From the NCBI RefSeq assembly GCF_000143415.4, contig NW_003314261.1:2677266-2741265 (forward strand): DNA of 64,000 nucleotides, read 5' to 3'. Position numbers and translations under genes: made by a program. Shown one piece after another: positions 58,710 through 64,000 of the stretch. The notes under the pieces are model-generated. The model saw only the letters and a list, made by a program, of their open reading frames with translations. It did not search any database and was not told where the DNA came from. Numbering within the stretch: position 1 is the stretch's first letter; each line of letters begins with the position of its first letter. This stretch comes from Selaginella moellendorffii (taxonomy: Eukaryota; Plantae; Lycopodiophyta).

Positions 58710-61069
58710 TTTAAGTGATTGGGATATAGAAATAAGTATATTAATTGGGGTTTAGACCACTTTTTATATACAAGAATGGATGGATAAAATTTAGTCCCAA
58801 ATGGACAGTCTATATACTATAGTACTATAATTAGTATATTACCTAGCCAAGGTAATACATGTATATACATATGTATATTTATAAACCTTACACCATCCTC
58901 TTCTTTTGAAGATGATAATAAGTTAAATGAAATATTTAGACATTTTGTTAAGTGATTATAAACTATTACAAGAATTTAAAAATCCAATAGAATCCTAATG
59001 TATTAGTTGCTACTTTGTGTGCAATTGCTAAATGCTCAAACCAACTATGAAACCATAACTTTGAACAAAAGCAAGAGATTTCAAAAACCACTATAGTCCA
59101 TAAAATGCCATTGCAACAAATGATACATCCTAACTTCAAGTCTACTTGTGGATAATCCTTTGAACAACTATTAACTTAGACTTATGGCCTTTAGTTAATA
59201 TCTAAGATCTGTGTTAACTCAGACTTATGACTTCTATCCTTGTTTAACACCACACATGGGAGATTACACTCACTCTATTTATCCTCCACATCCTCATTAT
59301 CCCCTCCTAAAAGGAAAAAAAAGTTTTGAAACACTAGTTTTGTTTGGATTGATTATGCTTGTCTTCACTCTACTATCTATATTTAGCCTTATTTCACTAT
59401 CGCATTCATTTGACTACTCTACATTAAAGTTGAATGTGCCATTTGGACTTACTATACTCTCACTCCACGATCTATGTCATTCATCCTCACTCTACCATTA
59501 TATTCACTTGTCCTCACTCCATCATTGGGGCCAAACTCCTCCCCATTCCCTTTACCCCCTTCTCCAAAGAAATAAAGTTTAAAGTATCAAAGCAAAAAAG
59601 AGAAAATAAGAAAAATTAAGGAAAAACTATTATAGAAGAAGAAAAAAGTGGATAAAGAAGCATTAGAAAAGTAATTTGTAGTAGTTAGTAATGTAGAAAT
59701 AAAGAAATCAAAAGAAGGACACGTGCTCAAAACTTAGAAAATAAAGAACTTCCTATTATAAAATATTTCGTCCACCACAATAAAAGTTAAATATTCACAC
59801 CACTCAACCTTCTTAACATACAACTCAACATTTGAGATGGGAAAATTAATAGAAATGTCCACATTTTTAAAGGAATATATAAACTTTTTAGCAGTAACAA
59901 TAATACAAAGGTTCTTAGTGGCACTCACAATTAAACATATGCATTCATGAAACTCTAACTAAAGTGACTCAATCCTTGGAATAGAGGAATACTCAACACC
60001 AAAACTGATCAAAAACTTTATTAAAGAAACAAAAACAAGATTCTCAACTTCATGTATATACTTAACATTCAAATTAGTATGAGGAGGATAAAAAACACTC
60101 AAATTAACACTAGATTGAGAATGAAAATCATAAAAATTAAACATGATTGATATGCTAGGAAAAGGAAATATTACAAAAGAGGAAGGAACATTAGGAAATG
60201 AGAAGGTGGCTTAAGCCAAAAAAGGTTGGGAAAGAGTAGAAGGTAAAAAAAAAAGATTAAATGGTAGATTAAAAAATTGACACCTATATTGTGAAATGTC
60301 CATTTCATCTTTAAAGCTATCTCTATAATAATTAAGCTCACTTTAGAATCCATTCAAGTTTATATATATTGTTTTCTCATAAATTTGATCCTCAAACATT
60401 CTCCAAGAATTGGACTACATCATCCATAATTCACCAATTAGTGTCATTGATCACACTTTATATCAACAGAAATGGTAGAACATTAAGAATAAGACAAGTT
60501 ATGTAATAATGTCTTATGAAAGTTAGAGACACCAATACACCAAAGACAGGCACAACACTAAAAAAGTCGCATATTACAACACCAAAAGTTTGATCCAATG
60601 GCCACTAATAAAGTCACATATTACAACACCAAAAGTTTAATCCAATGGAACAACATTAGCAGCCTCAAGTGATATATTCCTTAATTGATGACAATGTGGC
60701 ATAGTAGGAAAAGAGAATGTAATGAAGATCAAAAGAAAGAAATACAATGATAATTAAATTTCTAGATTTTGCAAAAAAGCTAATACAAATATAAATTTCC
60801 AAGAAGAATGAAGAAATAAGAACAAAAAGTAAGATTTTGACCACTAAAGCAAAGCATTGCCAAAATACTTTGCCTTTAGGGATAAATTACAGTGCCACTT
60901 TCCTCTACCAATGTGAGTGCTTGGGATATAAGAATAAATATATTAGTTAAAGTGTATACTCTTTCTTATATACAAGAATGGACAAACAAAATGGATGGTA
61001 TATATATTATAGTATTATAATTAGTAAGTTAGGGTATATAAATACATATGTTTATTTACAAACATTATA
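58710..61069 (-). mobile_element. Old non-coding LTR retroelement remnant with two short diverged LTRs
   Basis: Diverged direct repeats at ~58710-58892 and ~60912-61069. On the minus strand a PPT (AAAAGAAGAGGATGG) precedes TGTAAG, and a PBS-like TGGTAGAGGAAAGTGGC follows CA. TCAT flanks both ends. Confidence 0.6.
60562..60648. repeat. Two-copy ~39-bp repeat inside the LTR remnant
   Basis: aaaagtc.catattacaacaccaaaagttt.atccaatg occurs twice. Confidence 0.8.
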
Positions 61070-62317
61070 TCATATAATTTTAATATATATAATAAAATTT
61101 ATTTTAATCTAAATTCTAGAAATACATGTTCTTTATTACATATATAGAGGATGTATCTTCATATGTAAAAAATTAAAAATTCTAATCTATATTTAAATTC
61201 TAGAAAGTTGTTAAAATTAAAATCCAATTAATAATATATAACATAAATAATGTTATAATATACATTATGAAAGAACTCAATAAAATCCAGCTATTTTATT
61301 AATACTTTTTAATTCTTACATTATATACATTATCTTATTATGTATATAAAAATCTCACTTTTCATCCATTTAAAACTATTATAATAGTAAAAATAAAATA
61401 AATAATATAAAAATTGTAATACTATTTTTTAAAAATATATTGATTAATTTATTTAGAATATAATGTTAAACAGCTAGTTTTTAATTGTAACATCACAAAA
61501 AAAAAAATACAAATTATTAGTTTTATTTTATAAAAATTAGAACATTATAAGTATTTTAATTAAATTAAAATTATTTTAAATTTTGTGTTAGATATTTTTT
61601 TTATAATTAAAATTAAAAACTTAATTAAAAGTATAAAATCTTATTCTTTGAAAATAAATTTTGAAACTTTAAATATATTTCATAAAGCCTCTCTCGCTCT
61701 TGAAAGCCTTGTCAGGCCCGGTTCTGGTTTTGAAGGACATGGACGGCCTGGTGTAGTAGCTCCAATCTTCGCAATTCGAATGGCTGGTACGTGTATCCAT
61801 CAAAGTTTTATACAGCAGCCAAACATCAACCCCCTTCTCGTAAGAAAAAGTATAGCTACAATTGTCTTTTATTAAAAATTTGACAAAAACAATATGAAAA
61901 TAAAAACACTTTAGAATAGGTTATATGAAAGATGTTAATCCTTAAATAAAATGTTGGTTGCATTTAAAAATTCACTAGAAATTAATATTATATTCTTAAA
62001 CAAAAAATTTAGATTTGCCAACAAAAAAAATTAAATCTGTTAAAATTAAATTTATCTCATCCAAAATTTTCCTTCTATTTAAATAAATTGGTAAAATATA
62101 AATTACAACTATTTTGAAATTACACATCTTTTTCGTATTTTGTACTGTGAAAGATAAATCTACATTGTAGAATAGTATGCTGGAAAGAATCCATTAGTGA
62201 ACCAAATGAAGCTTCTCAGCCATTAGGAATTAACATACCATATATGCATTGGGAACATCTGGCAAATGTGACAGGGAACGTAGAAGGAGAAACACTGGAG
62301 CCAGCAATCCTGTTCTT

Positions 62318-64000
62318 TCAGTGCAACACAAGTTCTCGATTGGGGAGGAAATCCATGGAGGACGAAGAAGAGGAAGAAGAAGTTTGTTTTGGATCTTGGG
62401 TACCGATTCCGAGCTCCTTCATCGTCGTCCGGACTCTGGCAACGCCGGCCCAGTCCCCGACCGCGGCATACAAGTTGGAGAGCAAGATGTAAGGTGCCGT
62501 TCGTCCGGGACTTAGTTTTGTGGCGACATCAGCAGCTCTCTCGCCGCGCTTCACGTCCTTGTGACGCACGCACGCATCCAGGAGCGTGATCCAGCCGATG
62601 GCATCCGGCTCGAACGGCATCGAGCAAAGCAGCTCCTCGGCATGGGTGACAAGCCCGGATCGTCCGAGATGGCTGGCCATGCACAGAAAGTGATCATAGA
62701 CTGGAAGGATGCCAAAGTCGGAGGTCATGGACAGGAAGAAGGCGTGGACGCTCTTCGAGTTTCCAGTGTGGCAGCAAGCCGCTAGAACGCTGGTGAGAGT
62801 TATCCGGTTTGGATCCAGGCCATGAAGGAGCATCCGGTGGAAGAGCTCGAGGCCGAGCTTGGCGTGGCCGCTCTGGGCGTGGCCGGAGATTATAACGTTC
62901 CAGGCGGGAACTCCTCGGTGGTCGGGCATCTGGAGAAAGAGCTCCAGGGCGGTGGCAAGCTGCGCGTTCTGGGAGTAGACCGCGATCACTGCGCTCCAGC
63001 CAATGAGATCTCTCGAGGGCATTCGATCAAAGAGGTCCTTGGAGCCGCCCAAGTTGCCGCTATGCGAGAGCGCGACGAGCAGCGTGGTCCAGGAGACGAC
63101 GTTCTTGGCGGGAATGTGCTGGAATAATCTCCGGGCTTGATCAAGATGCCCGGCCTGAGCATATGCCGCGAGCATCGTGTTCCAGGTAACCACGTCTCTC
63201 TCCAGCATTCCATCAAAGAGGGATTCTGTTTGCTCGAGGCTACCGTACCGGAGATGGGCCGTGAGGAGGAGATTGTACGCCAGCACGTCTGGGTGGCCCA
63301 TCGCCTCTAGTACGGACCTCGCCTCGTCCAAATGCCCTAGATTGGCTAATGCGGTGATCATCACGGTCCAGGAGACGGCCGTGCGCGCAGGGATCTTCCG
63401 AAATATCGCCCTCGCGCGATCGATCTCGCCACAGGCTCCGTGCGCCGCGATGATCGATGTCCAGGAGATGACATTCTTGATCGGCAGAGCCGCGAAGAGG
63501 AGCTGGGATTGTTCTAGGTCCTCGGCGGCGGCGTAGGCCGCGATCATCACGTTCCAGGCCGCGGAGTCCCACTCCGGCAGGAGATCGAACAAGATCCTGG
63601 CGTCGCGCAGCCGATCGTTGTCCGCTAGCGCCGTGAGCATCGCAGTCCAGGCGACGAGGTCTTTCTCCGGCATTTGGTCGAAGAGGCTCGAGGCCTCGGC
63701 GATATTTCGGTCCTGCGCGTTGGCTGTGATCATCGCGGTCCAAGAAGCTGGGGTTCGTTGCCGCATCGTGTCGAAGATCTCTCGCGCCTGGGGGAGCTTG
63801 CCGTGACTCACATAGGCGGAAATCATCGCGGTGCCTGAGAAGGCATTGCCGCGCTGCCCGATCGAATCGAAGACCGCCTTGGCTTCCTCGAGGCATCCAC
63901 AGCTTCCATACATCCGGATGAGGAGATTCTGGAGGAGGATGTCGCCGCCGAAGCCAGCATCGACGATCTGCTCGTGCAAGCGCCTGCCATGGCCGAGATT
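62318..64000 (-). CDS. PLS-class PPR protein with E domain (5' end beyond the window)
   Basis: The open frame runs to the window edge. ~31-aa repeats, then MPFEPDAIGWITLLDAC..YILLSNLYAAVGDWAGVARVRTTMKELGI (E domain). No DYW. Confidence 0.92.
   Translation of the reverse strand, partial: NLGHGRRLHEQIVDAGFGGDILLQNLLIRMYGSCGCLEEAKAVFDSIGQRGNAFSGTAMISAYVSHGKLPQAREIFDTMRQRTPASWTAMITANAQDRNIAEASSLFDQMPEKDLVAWTAMLTALADNDRLRDARILFDLLPEWDSAAWNVMIAAYAAAEDLEQSQLLFAALPIKNVISWTSIIAAHGACGEIDRARAIFRKIPARTAVSWTVMITALANLGHLDEARSVLEAMGHPDVLAYNLLLTAHLRYGSLEQTESLFDGMLERDVVTWNTMLAAYAQAGHLDQARRLFQHIPAKNVVSWTTLLVALSHSGNLGGSKDLFDRMPSRDLIGWSAVIAVYSQNAQLATALELFLQMPDHRGVPAWNVIISGHAQSGHAKLGLELFHRMLLHGLDPNRITLTSVLAACCHTGNSKSVHAFFLSMTSDFGILPVYDHFLCMASHLGRSGLVTHAEELLCSMPFEPDAIGWITLLDACVRHKDVKRGERAADVATKLSPGRTAPYILLSNLYAAVGDWAGVARVRTTMKELGIGTQDPKQTSSSSSSSSMDFLPNRELVLH

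Overview
Eukaryotic, gene-dense land-plant DNA. Very short GT-AG introns (about 50-70 nt), telo-boxes and intronless PPR genes built from ~31-aa short repeats suggest a lycophyte such as Selaginella (inference, not a database result). Ordinary spliced genes: a coiled-coil protein, kinesin-8, an unknown gene, LMBR1/LIMR, a HIPP (spanning a 100-N gap), a plastid-targeted unknown, RPP0, APX6/APx-R, a clavaminate-synthase-like 2OG dioxygenase, a pGlcT-like sugar porter and a ubiquitin-like ORF. There are also three intronless PLS/E PPR genes and a bacterial-style Cache-HAMP hybrid histidine kinase with two receiver domains. An accessory island at about 9.4-27.1 kb holds: an intronless Crinkler/RHS-type P-loop NTPase + restriction-endonuclease-fold gene; a RING-like pseudogene; a complete but dead hAT transposon with TIRs and TSD; LINE-like debris; and a tandem duplication of an intronless fungal-type APH phosphotransferase gene. 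In that duplication two upstream segments are inverted between the copies, so the intact copy sits inside a 1.3-kb inverted repeat marked by a recurring GAATATTC palindrome motif. AT-rich stretches hide a decayed Ty3/gypsy RT (~3.1-3.6 kb) and an old short LTR element (~58.7-61.1 kb). All family assignments come from motif recognition by eye and need HMM/BLAST confirmation.
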